Shown here: positions 56,601 to 64,000 of the stretch, in pieces
Layout: each line of letters opens with the position of its first letter
Position numbering within the stretch: the first letter of the stretch is position 1
From: an uncultured Bifidobacterium sp.
Lineage (GTDB): Bacteria; Bacteroidota; Bacteroidia; AKYH767-A; OLB10
Length of the DNA: 64,000 nucleotides
NCBI GenBank assembly: GCA_964534995.1
Contig: CAZHSC010000001.1
Location: 63,855-127,854 of the forward strand
Direction: 5' to 3'
Notes under the pieces: model-generated
The model's input: the letters and a program-made list of their open reading frames with translations, nothing else
What the model was told of the DNA's origin: nothing
The model's database searches: none
Position numbers and translations under genes: made by a program

Positions 56601-59600
56601 TGGTAGCGCTTATGCTGCCATTCGAATTTCCGCAGGTGGAAGAAACGGGATTCAGCAAAATGTTCAGAGGGTCGGGCTCACTGATAATAATATTTACGTT
56701 TCCGACGCAGCCATTGATATCGGTTATGACCACGGTATAGTTGCCGGCACTCAAGGCGTTTGCCAGGGTTCCGTTGCCTCCCGTGGGCTGCCATTGGTAG
56801 CTGAAGGGTCCATTGCCGCTGCTAACACTGATTTCCGCGCTTCCGTCATTCCCGCCGGAGCAGCCTGCATTGGTTTGATTTAACACTGTAGCCTGCGGAC
56901 CACCCAGGTTGGAAACATTGGCAACCGCGGTGGCGGTACAGCCGTTTGCGTCGGTAGCGGTAATGGTATAGGATCCTGATGAAAGTCCGTTGAGGGTGGC
57001 TGTTGTCTGACCGCCTGACCACAGGTAAGTCAAAACCCCGGTTCCGCCGTTAGCATTCACCTGCGCGCTGCCGTTAGATCCTCCGCAGGTAGCGTCAGTA
57101 GTTATGGTCTGCAGGTTGATGGCAGGTGCCTGGCTTACGTTCACCATGTCAATGAAGGAGCAACCGTTTAAATCGGTTACGGTGACCGTATAGGTTGCTG
57201 CAGCTACATTATTGATCTGGGCGGTGATTTCCCCGTTGCTCCATAAATAGGTGTAGGGTGCACTTCCGCCGTTTACGCTGACAGCAGCATCGCCGTCAGT
57301 GCCGTTAAAACAACTCGCTGCCGTGCTGCTGCTTTGCAGGGATAAAGAAGAAGGCTGTGTTACCGCGATGGAGGCCGTGGCGGTACACCCGTTGGCATCG
57401 CTTACCGTAACATCGTAATTCCCTGCAGGCACAGCGTTCGCCGTGGCGTTGATGTCCCCGTTTGACCAGGCATACTGATAAGCGCCACTGCCGCCGCTCA
57501 CGGAAACAGTCGCGCTTCCATTGGCATTTCCGCAGGTTGCCTGTACGGAGGAAAGCTGCAGCGTGAGTGCAGAAGGTTCTCCGATATTCACATTCATGCT
57601 GCTGACACAACCGTTCACGTCAGTCACATTGACACTGTATGCGCCGGCGTTCAGGCCTGTGGCCTGGGCGGCATTGCCACCGGCAGGCAACCACTGGTAA
57701 TTGAAGGGGCCGTTTCCGGAACTGATGCTTACCTCCGCTGTGCCATCCGAAGAACCGTTGCAGAGCGCGTCGCTCATGGAAAGAAGCCCGACCACCGGCC
57801 CGCCCATGTCAGCTACAGCGCTTGTTCCGGTTTGCGTACATCCGTTGGCGTCAGTGGCGACCACCGTATAAGCGCCGGCGGACAGGTTGCTGATGGCATT
57901 ACCCGATGCGCCGGTACTCCACTGGTAGCTGAGAATCCCGGTTCCTCCATTTCCATTCACCTGTGCGCTGCCGTTAGCATTGCCGCAGGTGGCGTCCGTA
58001 ACACTCAGCTGCAGGTTAATGGCAGGAGCCTCGCCCACAGCGATGCTTTCCACCTGAGTGCAACCGTTGTTGTCACTGATGGTGACGGTATAGGTTCCTG
58101 AAGCGAGGCTGGCAAGCTGTGAGCCGCTGCTGCCGCCGCTCCAGAGGAAGGTATAAGGAGCGGTACCTCCGTTGGCGATGATGCTGACACTGCCATCCGA
58201 TCCTCCGTAACAGGAGGCATCCACCGGATTCATGGTGCCGTTGAGCGCAGCGGGTTCCCCCACGATGGCGGTGGTAATGGCTGTACATCCTTTGTTATCT
58301 GTTACCGTAACATCGTAGTTTCCGGCCTGCAGGTTAATCCTGTTAGCAGGAAGTATGCCACCCGGATTCCAGTCAAAAGTATAAGGGGCGGTACCTCCCT
58401 GTGCATCAATATCGGCAGTTCCGGTGTTGCCGCCATTGCAGAAGGCGGGAGTGGTAAGGTTGTTCACCACCAGGGGGTCGGGTTCAGTAATGTCAAAATT
58501 TAATGCCGTACTGCAACCGTTGATATCGGTAACGCTCACTTTATAATTTCCCGGAGCCAGGCCGGTAGCTGTAGCCGTAGTGCCGCCATAGGGTAGCCAG
58601 TCAAAGGTAAAGGGCCCGTTGCCTGACACGACAATGACGGCTGCAGTACCATTGGCAAAGCCGTTACAGCTAACATCCGTAACCGGACCTGCTGCAAGCG
58701 CCGGCCCTCCGGCGCTGTTGATGATGGTATTTCCGGAAGCACTGCATCCCCCGGCATCTGTTACCGTGACGGTATAAATGCCGGCGCTGAGTCCGGAGGC
58801 CAGGCCGTTAACGATACCGTTACTCCACAAATAGGAGTAAGGGCTGCTGCCGCCTGCAGGTGTCACCTCCGCCGATCCGTTGGAGTTACCGCAGGTGGCG
58901 ATGGTGGTGCTGAAGGCCAGCTGAATGGCGGGGGGCTCGTTCACCGTAACCTGGAGGTCAGAAGTGCATCCTGAATTATCGGTTACCGTTACGGTGTAAG
59001 TTCCCGCTGCAAGATTGGGGTTAACGGCGGCAGTAGTACCGTTTGACCAGACATAGGAAAACGGAGCTGTGCCGTTCAGCGTGGAAACACCGATGCTGCC
59101 ATCCGCGCCTCCGGAGCAGCTGGCATCCGTCAGTGAAGCGATATTTAAAGAAGGACCGGCCGCATCCGCGATGGAAAGTACAGTCTGAGCGGTGCATCCG
59201 TTGGCGTCAGTCACCGTTACGGTATAACTACCGGCAGGCATAGCCGAAATGGTGGAATTAACCGAGGTGCCTGTCGACCATGAATAAGAATAGCCCGGAA
59301 TACCGCCATTTATGATTACCTCCGCGCTGCCGTCCGGCTGCCCGCAGTGGGCAGTGATGGTGTTACCAACCAGCACGAGTGCGGCCGGTTCATTGATAAC
59401 TGCAGTTACGGTGGAGGTACAGTTATTCGCGTCTGTCACCGTTACCGTATAGTTTCCGGTGCTGAGGTTGCTGCCTGTTGTGCCACTGCCGCCTGAAGAC
59501 CACTGATAATTATAGGGTGCCTGCCCTCCGTTCACAGCGATGGTGAGGTCGCCGTCACTGCCGCCATTACAGCTAACATCCGTTGACAGGAGTACGGCAA

Positions 59601-62600
59601 CGGAGGGGCCGTTGGAACTGGGCACAGTAACATTCGCCTGCTCTGTGCAACCTTCGTTATCAGTAACTACTACTGTATAGGCTCCCGCTGCAAGTCCGTT
59701 CGCGTTGGCACCCATGCCACCGGATGGGATCCAGGTGTACTGGTAATTTGGAGTGCCTCCGTTCACCACCACACCCGCGCTGCCGTTGGAAGATCCGCAA
59801 GTGGCGGAGGTGCTGCTGGTAGCCAGAACCAGGGGGGCAGGTTCATTGACGGTTGCCTGGAAGGTAGCGGTGCATCCGAAGTCATCGGTGACGGTGACGG
59901 TATAGGTACCCGCGGAAATATTGTTGTTAAAGTTGCCTGTCACACCGTTTGACCAGATATACGTGAAGGGCGGGGTTCCGCCGGCAATATTCACACGAAT
60001 CCTTCCGTCGGCGGCTCCCGCACAGGAAGCGTCCTGCAGATTATTCAGGCTTAATACCGGAGCAGGTTCATCAGCAATTGTTGCCTGCGTCGCGGAGGTG
60101 CATCCGTTGGCATCGGTTACCGTTACAGTATAACTTCCGGCAACTGCGGCGTTCAGCTGGTTGGTGACGGAGGCGCTTCCGGACCATTGCCAGGAATAAG
60201 GCGCAGTACCGCCGGTAACCTGTGCGGAGATACTGCCATCCGCCTGCCCGCAGTGGGCGTCAACAGGCGTCATGGTAAAGGAAAATGCAGCGGGTTGAGT
60301 GATATTTACCGATAGCGCTGCCGAACAGTTATTGTCATCCGTAACAGTAAGCGTATAAATTCCTGCCGCGAGGTTGCTGATCTGCGTTCCCGGGGCACCG
60401 TTGGACCAGGTATAGGTGTAGGGGAGCGTGCCTCCGTTTACGGAGATGTCGATGCTGCCATCTGTACCGCCGGGACAGGTAACCATCACACTGTTATCCA
60501 GTGTAAGTATGGGTCCGTCGGCGCTGGGTACGCTGGCATTGCCAATGGCAATACATCCGTTAGCGTCGGTTACCACAACAGAAAAGTTTCCGGAAGGAAG
60601 ATTCGTAGCTACGGAGGCGTTACCTCCGTTGGGATTCCAGTTATAGGTATAAGGTCCTGTGCCTCCGTTCACCACTACGCTGGCGGTGCCATTGGTGCTT
60701 CCGCAGGTGGTTCCAGTGGATGACATATTCAGCACGAGGGGTGAAGGTGCCGTGATGACTACATTCGTTACAGAAGTACAGCCGTTTGCATCGGTGGCGG
60801 TCACGGTGTAGGTTCCGGCAGCAAGTCCGGATGCAGCATTGCCTGCCGTGCCGTTCGACCATACATAAGTGTAAACGGGGGTGCCCCCGGCAGCCTGTAC
60901 GGTGGCGCTGCCGTCAGCTGTGCCATTGCAGGAAGCCGCAGCGGTATTGACAGGAGAGACCTGTAATACAGGGGGGGCTCCTACGGTGGCGGATGTTGTG
61001 GCGGTGCATCCGTTGGCATCCGTTACCGTTACGGTGTAGGTGCCCGGCAGCAGGTTGTGGTCAGTAGCGTTGACAGACCCGCCGCTCCACAAATAACTGT
61101 ACGGAGGTACACCTCCGTTAGCCTGGGCGGTGAGTGATCCGTCATTTTCGTTGCTGCAGGAAACAGGCGTATTGGCAGTGATGTTAATTACCAGCTGAAC
61201 AGGCTCAGTAATAATCACAGCTGCAGAAGAAGTACATCCGGAACCGTCGGTAACCGTTACCGTATAATTCCCCGCAGTCAGGTTCTGCGCATTCACGGTA
61301 TTTCCTCCGGCAGGGCTCCAGCTGTAGGAAAGGGGTGCTGTTCCTCCGGACACGCTTACTGTTGCGCTGCCGTCATTGCCGCCAAAACAGCTGACATCGC
61401 TGCTGGTGGTGATGCTGGCGGTTGGGCCTGAGCTGTTGGTGACGATGGCATTGCCAATGGCGGTACATCCGCGGCTATCGGTAACCGTTACATTGTATCC
61501 TCCGGCCACCAGGTTGCTTGCTGTGGCGGAACTTCCTCCCGATGGCGACCACTGGTAGGTGTATCCGGGAGTGCCGCCAATCGCGTTTACAGTAGCGGAC
61601 CCGTTGGCATTTCCGCAACTGGAAGGGGCAGATGAAAAACTCAGGACTATGGCGGTGGGCTCTGTTATCGCAACAGTCATAAAGCCGGTGCAACCATGGT
61701 TATCCGTAACCGTTACCGTATAGGCTCCTGCGCTGAGTCCGCTGATGGAGGCTCCTGCAGCCCCGTTCGACCATGAGTAGGAATAGGGAGCTGTACCACC
61801 TGTGGTGCTCACAGTAACAGCGCCATCCTGGCCACCGTTACAGGTAACATTGGTCTTCGAGGAAATATTGGCGTTGATGAGGGCAGGCTCTGCAATGGTT
61901 GCGGTAACGGTAGTGGTACAACCGCTGCCATCCGTTACGGTAACGGTATAGTTACCGGCGGCAAGGTTGGTGGGGTTACTGCCCGTACCCGCTGGAGACC
62001 ATGAATAAGTGTAACCGGGTGTACCTCCGTTCACGATTACCTGCGCCGCTCCGCTCATGTTGCCGTTACAGCTCAGGTCGGTGGTATTCATCACTGCGGA
62101 GAAGGAAGGCGGCGTAGCCACCACAAAAGCCGAGGTGGCCGTGCACCCGGTGTTATCAGTCACACTTACCGTATAAGTTCCGGGGGCCAGGTTGTTAATG
62201 GAGGATGACCCCGCTATGTTGTTTTGTGTGAGCAATACCGTTCCGGATGCATCGCTCCATACATAATCCCAGGGGCTGTCGCCCATACCCTGCGCGCTGG
62301 CGCTTCCGTTGGTGACGCCCTGACAAAGCGGACTTGTAACATTTACTGCCGGGGCTTCGCAGCAACTTAAAGTGGCAAAAAAGTTAGTGACAGGGTCCTG
62401 AGTACAGGCCAGTGAACCCCAGGATCCACTTTCTCCGTCACCCAGGGTATTGATGTTTATGTTCAGACTGGTACCCTGTACGCAGGCGCTGGGGGGAAGC
62501 GTGCTGATGGTCCAGCAAAAGGTCCAATCACAGTTATTGGTACTGTTATTATCTCCGAAGTTATTTCCCGGATTTCCATCGCTGATTCCAAATGGATTCC

Positions 62601-63804
62601 CCAGCGGAGATTCAAAATAAAATCCAGGACCGGTAACATTGCCGGTGGCAGAACTGGTGATATTTCCGGCATACCAGCTCCAGTTTCCCTGGCCGGAGCA
62701 GTCGGCAACCGGCGCCGGGTTAAAAGTACTCATGTCCCAGCCGGCTCCGAAATCAGGAACCACGCCGTGCAGCCAGTTGGCAGAAGTTTGATTATAATCG
62801 GAAATGGTATAACAAAAAGTAACCACTTGCCCGGCAGGATAACTTCCGTTAACAGGAGGCGGATTGGCTACCAGGGTGCTTTGAATGACGCATCCTTCAC
62901 AGTCATAATTGTTCTGAAGCGTTAATGTAAAATCACATTGGTCCGATAGATTGCCGCCGCTCACCTGCAGGTAATAGGTGCCTGCCGCCAGCCCTCCAAA
63001 GGTGGTATTCAATGAACCGTTACTACCTATGGCGCATCCACGCGGAATAAGTCCCGCACAGGAAAAACCCTCATAAAGCCCTATGTTGGGGGTGTTGATA
63101 CCTCCCGAAATGTTAATATTGATACTGGGGCCGGTGATGGAAAAGCGATACCAGACATCAGCGGCGGGAGAAGCCATATTTCCGGATGGCTGGCAACCCA
63201 ACAAGGAAGTATAGGGTGTTTCGGCAGTGGCGCAGAGATTGGTGCTGTTGGTAATGGTTAATGCGCCGATTCCTCCGGGGCAGGCCGATGGTGCCGGAAG
63301 CGGACCGAGGTTAGTGGCGCCCGTACAAGCGTCGTTAACGGGCGCGGGTCCGCCGTTACAGGTAGTGGCACAATTGGCGGTAGGACAATTTACGCAGGAA
63401 ATAGTGGCCGCCCAGCCGATATCGTTAAAGACCCCATCGGAAGTGAAAACAACCGTGAGGCATCCGCTGTTGGCGGTGATGAGTCCGGGACTTGTGTTGC
63501 CGGTATAGGTACCAATGACGGGCGACGCGGTATTGGGCCCGTCATAAAGCGTCATCTCGTCAAAATTCGTTTCAATATTAAAACTTGTGAACATGAGCCG
63601 GATGCAGTTGCCGGGAACTGATGAACAAAATGTCATAGTGTAATTCTGGTTGTTGCCGTAATTCCCGGCATTGCCACCACTGTCGTAAAAGGTTCCTCCG
63701 CAGGTATTCACCGTTGTATTTCCCATGGTATATACCTGCGCCCATGCCCCTGCAGTAATGAAGGAGCATAGTATCGTAATTAAAAGTATACGTTTTCTTA
63801 GCAT
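53605..63804 (-). CDS. giant (3399 aa) cell-surface adhesin: CUB-like domain + ~35 SprB-type repeats + 2 PKD domains + T9SS type B (gliding-motility-associated) C-terminal domain
   Basis: The signal peptide is MLRKRILLITILCSFITAGAWAQ. The CUB-like segment is CGGTFYDSGGNAGNYGNNQNY..TFC...IRLMFTSFNIE..FDEMTLYDG...FTSDG. About 35 copies of C.G..DG.A.V...GGT.PY.Y.WS.G.....L.AG.YTVTVTD.NGCT follow. The PKD signatures are WDFGDNS and WDFGDGT. The C-terminus reads YVPNGFTPNGDGDNESF...FIYDRWGKLVFQS...GWNG...GTYVY. Confidence 0.9.
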   Translation of the reverse strand: MLRKRILLITILCSFITAGAWAQVYTMGNTTVNTCGGTFYDSGGNAGNYGNNQNYTMTFCSSVPGNCIRLMFTSFNIETNFDEMTLYDGPNTASPVIGTYTGNTSPGLITANSGCLTVVFTSDGVFNDIGWAATISCVNCPTANCATTCNGGPAPVNDACTGATNLGPLPAPSACPGGIGALTITNSTNLCATAETPYTSLLGCQPSGNMASPAADVWYRFSITGPSININISGGINTPNIGLYEGFSCAGLIPRGCAIGSNGSLNTTFGGLAAGTYYLQVSGGNLSDQCDFTLTLQNNYDCEGCVIQSTLVANPPPVNGSYPAGQVVTFCYTISDYNQTSANWLHGVVPDFGAGWDMSTFNPAPVADCSGQGNWSWYAGNITSSATGNVTGPGFYFESPLGNPFGISDGNPGNNFGDNNSTNNCDWTFCWTISTLPPSACVQGTSLNININTLGDGESGSWGSLACTQDPVTNFFATLSCCEAPAVNVTSPLCQGVTNGSASAQGMGDSPWDYVWSDASGTVLLTQNNIAGSSSINNLAPGTYTVSVTDNTGCTATSAFVVATPPSFSAVMNTTDLSCNGNMSGAAQVIVNGGTPGYTYSWSPAGTGSNPTNLAAGNYTVTVTDGSGCTTTVTATIAEPALINANISSKTNVTCNGGQDGAVTVSTTGGTAPYSYSWSNGAAGASISGLSAGAYTVTVTDNHGCTGFMTVAITEPTAIVLSFSSAPSSCGNANGSATVNAIGGTPGYTYQWSPSGGSSATASNLVAGGYNVTVTDSRGCTAIGNAIVTNSSGPTASITTSSDVSCFGGNDGSATVSVSGGTAPLSYSWSPAGGNTVNAQNLTAGNYTVTVTDGSGCTSSAAVIITEPVQLVINITANTPVSCSNENDGSLTAQANGGVPPYSYLWSGGSVNATDHNLLPGTYTVTVTDANGCTATTSATVGAPPVLQVSPVNTAAASCNGTADGSATVQAAGGTPVYTYVWSNGTAGNAASGLAAGTYTVTATDANGCTSVTNVVITAPSPLVLNMSSTGTTCGSTNGTASVVVNGGTGPYTYNWNPNGGNASVATNLPSGNFSVVVTDANGCIAIGNASVPSADGPILTLDNSVMVTCPGGTDGSIDISVNGGTLPYTYTWSNGAPGTQISNLAAGIYTLTVTDDNNCSAALSVNITQPAAFSFTMTPVDAHCGQADGSISAQVTGGTAPYSWQWSGSASVTNQLNAAVAGSYTVTVTDANGCTSATQATIADEPAPVLSLNNLQDASCAGAADGRIRVNIAGGTPPFTYIWSNGVTGNFNNNISAGTYTVTVTDDFGCTATFQATVNEPAPLVLATSSTSATCGSSNGSAGVVVNGGTPNYQYTWIPSGGMGANANGLAAGAYTVVVTDNEGCTEQANVTVPSSNGPSVAVLLSTDVSCNGGSDGDLTIAVNGGQAPYNYQWSSGGSGTTGSNLSTGNYTVTVTDANNCTSTVTAVINEPAALVLVGNTITAHCGQPDGSAEVIINGGIPGYSYSWSTGTSVNSTISAMPAGSYTVTVTDANGCTAQTVLSIADAAGPSLNIASLTDASCSGGADGSIGVSTLNGTAPFSYVWSNGTTAAVNPNLAAGTYTVTVTDNSGCTSDLQVTVNEPPAIQLAFSTTIATCGNSNGSAEVTPAGGSSPYSYLWSNGIVNGLASGLSAGIYTVTVTDAGGCSASGNTIINSAGGPALAAGPVTDVSCNGFANGTAAVIVVSGNGPFTFDWLPYGGTTATATGLAPGNYKVSVTDINGCSTALNFDITEPDPLVVNNLTTPAFCNGGNTGTADIDAQGGTAPYTFDWNPGGILPANRINLQAGNYDVTVTDNKGCTAITTAIVGEPAALNGTMNPVDASCYGGSDGSVSIIANGGTAPYTFLWSGGSSGSQLASLASGTYTVTISDNNGCTQVESIAVGEAPAINLQLSVTDATCGNANGSAQVNGNGGTGILSYQWSTGASGNAISNLSAGAYTVVATDANGCTQTGTSAVADMGGPVVGLLSMSDALCNGSSDGTAEVSISSGNGPFNYQWLPAGGNAAQATGLNAGAYSVNVTDVNGCVSSMNVNIGEPSALTLQLSSVQATCGNANGSATVSVSGGSGAYQYAWSNGDINATANAVPAGNYDVTVSDANGCTATASIAVTQPSSLSLQSSSTAASCFNGTDGDAAVSVNGGSAPYTYLWSNGEITAQINNVAAATYTVTVTDLNGCSFIDMVNVSQAPAINLQTITTDATCGGSNGSAQVNANGGTGVLTYLWSGGQTTATLNGLSSGSYTITATDANGCTATAVANVSNLGGPQATVLNQTNAGCSGGNDGSAEISVSSGNGPFSYQWQPTGGNGTLANALSAGNYTVVITDINGCVGNVNIIISEPDPLNILLNPVSSTCGNSNGSISATTNGGTGNYQYAWSNGSTGSASIAGLPAGNYSLVVTDANGCTATTGANVSNAGGPQLAVNNVTPASCYGFADGSASIAVNSGNGPFSYSWNPAGGSNANAAGLGAGNYTVTVTDINGCTGQQSIIILEPAALSLQLSSSPTQCNAANGSAQVQASGGVGNYSYQWNMGATGSLAGGLHSGTYTVTVSDGNGCSASSPVIVGGLPGPAISNVNTTDAHCYGEANGSAQVQFNNGAAPYILSWSNGSSGNSINGLSAGNYTVTVTDNFGCSDARAFAIQEPSPLVLNATALNMVSCYGGNNGNAEAVVSGGIAPYTYAWSNGATGAQVGGLTAGSYSVSITDLNGCTSLQSTIISEPPALVSTQAALTMVSCFGGTNGAAAFSVTGGTAPYQYNWSNGSATPAVNGLSAGSYMLTITDNNGCNTSSGVTITQPAALAFNTPVVTHVLCFNGNNGEISVSNYGGVAPYSYQWSNGGTNNSLNNLVAGSYTVTVSDANACTHSRVVLVSQPDAISIQSTVNPIPCFGMSTAAITVITSGGVAPYVYAWNTGSVSNSISSLPTGIYSVSITDAHNCTFDTVYTITQPTALQASVVFPDTICIGQAAQLSATVSGGTPSYSYQWSTSDTSSSISVNPAFTSNYGLTVTDANGCDRVISTIPVPVYPALSLSISASEDSICEGESTVLTAYAGGGNGGPYTYTWNANPLPGNTFTSTPDSSFLYMVSVSDACTVTEPQAQQYVVVHPLPLVNFTPLKAEGCNPVTVQFVSTTQTTSGSVYSWDFGDNSQAAGGSVSHTYTQDGSYDVYLHVIDKYGCENALTQNNVVTVYPLPVAFFNSDPQEVSILHPIVQFINGSTGAISAHWDFGDGTANTYDWSPEHIFGDTGRYKVELIAISNEGCVDTFYNEIIVKGETTFYVPNGFTPNGDGDNESFTGYGIGVERADFFIYDRWGKLVFQSNSLEKGWNGRYQNNGDECPEGTYVYLFKIFNGLPAPQEYSGRVTLVR
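54630..62320 (-). repeat. in-frame tandem array of ~225-240-bp SprB-repeat coding units inside the giant gene
   Basis: The protein-level period is ~75-80 aa over roughly aa 495-3060. Recurring DNA blocks such as GCATCCGTTGGCATC(C/G)GTTACCGTTAC(G/A)GT(G/A)TA appear at ~59190, ~60100 and ~61010. The boundaries are approximate. Confidence 0.8.
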
Positions 63805-64000
63805 CGTAAACGTTAGTATGCCTGAATGGCAATGGCACCGTAATTAATTTTTTTATTACGGTGAAAGCCTGTTGGTTTTGGTTGGTTCTGTGTACCGGAC
63901 ATCCGGCAGGTAAATGTACCTAATTTCTTTGATTAACTATTAGGCCGGCGGCATGAATTTATAAGTGAACAGGCGTTATTTCCGGGCAGACGAAAAAGGA

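Noticed and set aside
53983-63508. Many 60-212-aa ORFs on both strands inside the giant adhesin gene (for example 53983-54621 and 54233-54631)
   Set aside because: All lie within, and out of frame with or antisense to, a 10.2-kb ORF that has an unmistakable repeat and domain structure. Their G/R/C-rich translations are typical shadow ORFs.

Overview
This 64-kb chromosomal segment looks like a Bacteroidota genome, possibly Chitinophagia- or Saprospiria-like; that guess cannot be confirmed without a database search. I call 37 protein genes, one of them cut by the left window edge. I found no rRNA, tRNA, CRISPR array, transposase or integrase. Seven proteins end in type IX secretion (T9SS) C-terminal sorting domains. 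These include a 10-domain PKD protein, a surface-targeted cyclophilin, a metzincin, a poly-glycine-run protein, and a 3399-aa CUB + SprB-repeat + PKD adhesin with a type B sorting domain. The remaining genes are ordinary chromosomal content: rpiB, chrA, a DEAD-box helicase, a Tat-signal Fe/Mn SOD, an MFP-RND-TolC efflux operon, a GH20 hexosaminidase with a sugar MFS permease, a MarR regulator, a large orphan histidine kinase, fructosamine kinase, and a YbdL-like aminotransferase next to a YafV-like omega-amidase. Two places stand out. (1) A 2.0-kb ORF-free, AT-rich gap (12266-14300) holds about 3.3 tandem copies of a ~242-bp noncoding module. Each copy has a hairpin plus T-tract and a TAATTTTG box, two copies share a near-identical 101-nt core, and partial copies lie on both sides of chrA. 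This is a candidate tandem small-RNA or regulatory array that I cannot assign to any known family. (2) A visibly AT-richer islet (32097-33998) carries an Mrr-type restriction nuclease and a second small PD-(D/E)xK-like protein. All functional calls come from motif recognition by eye; no searches were run.
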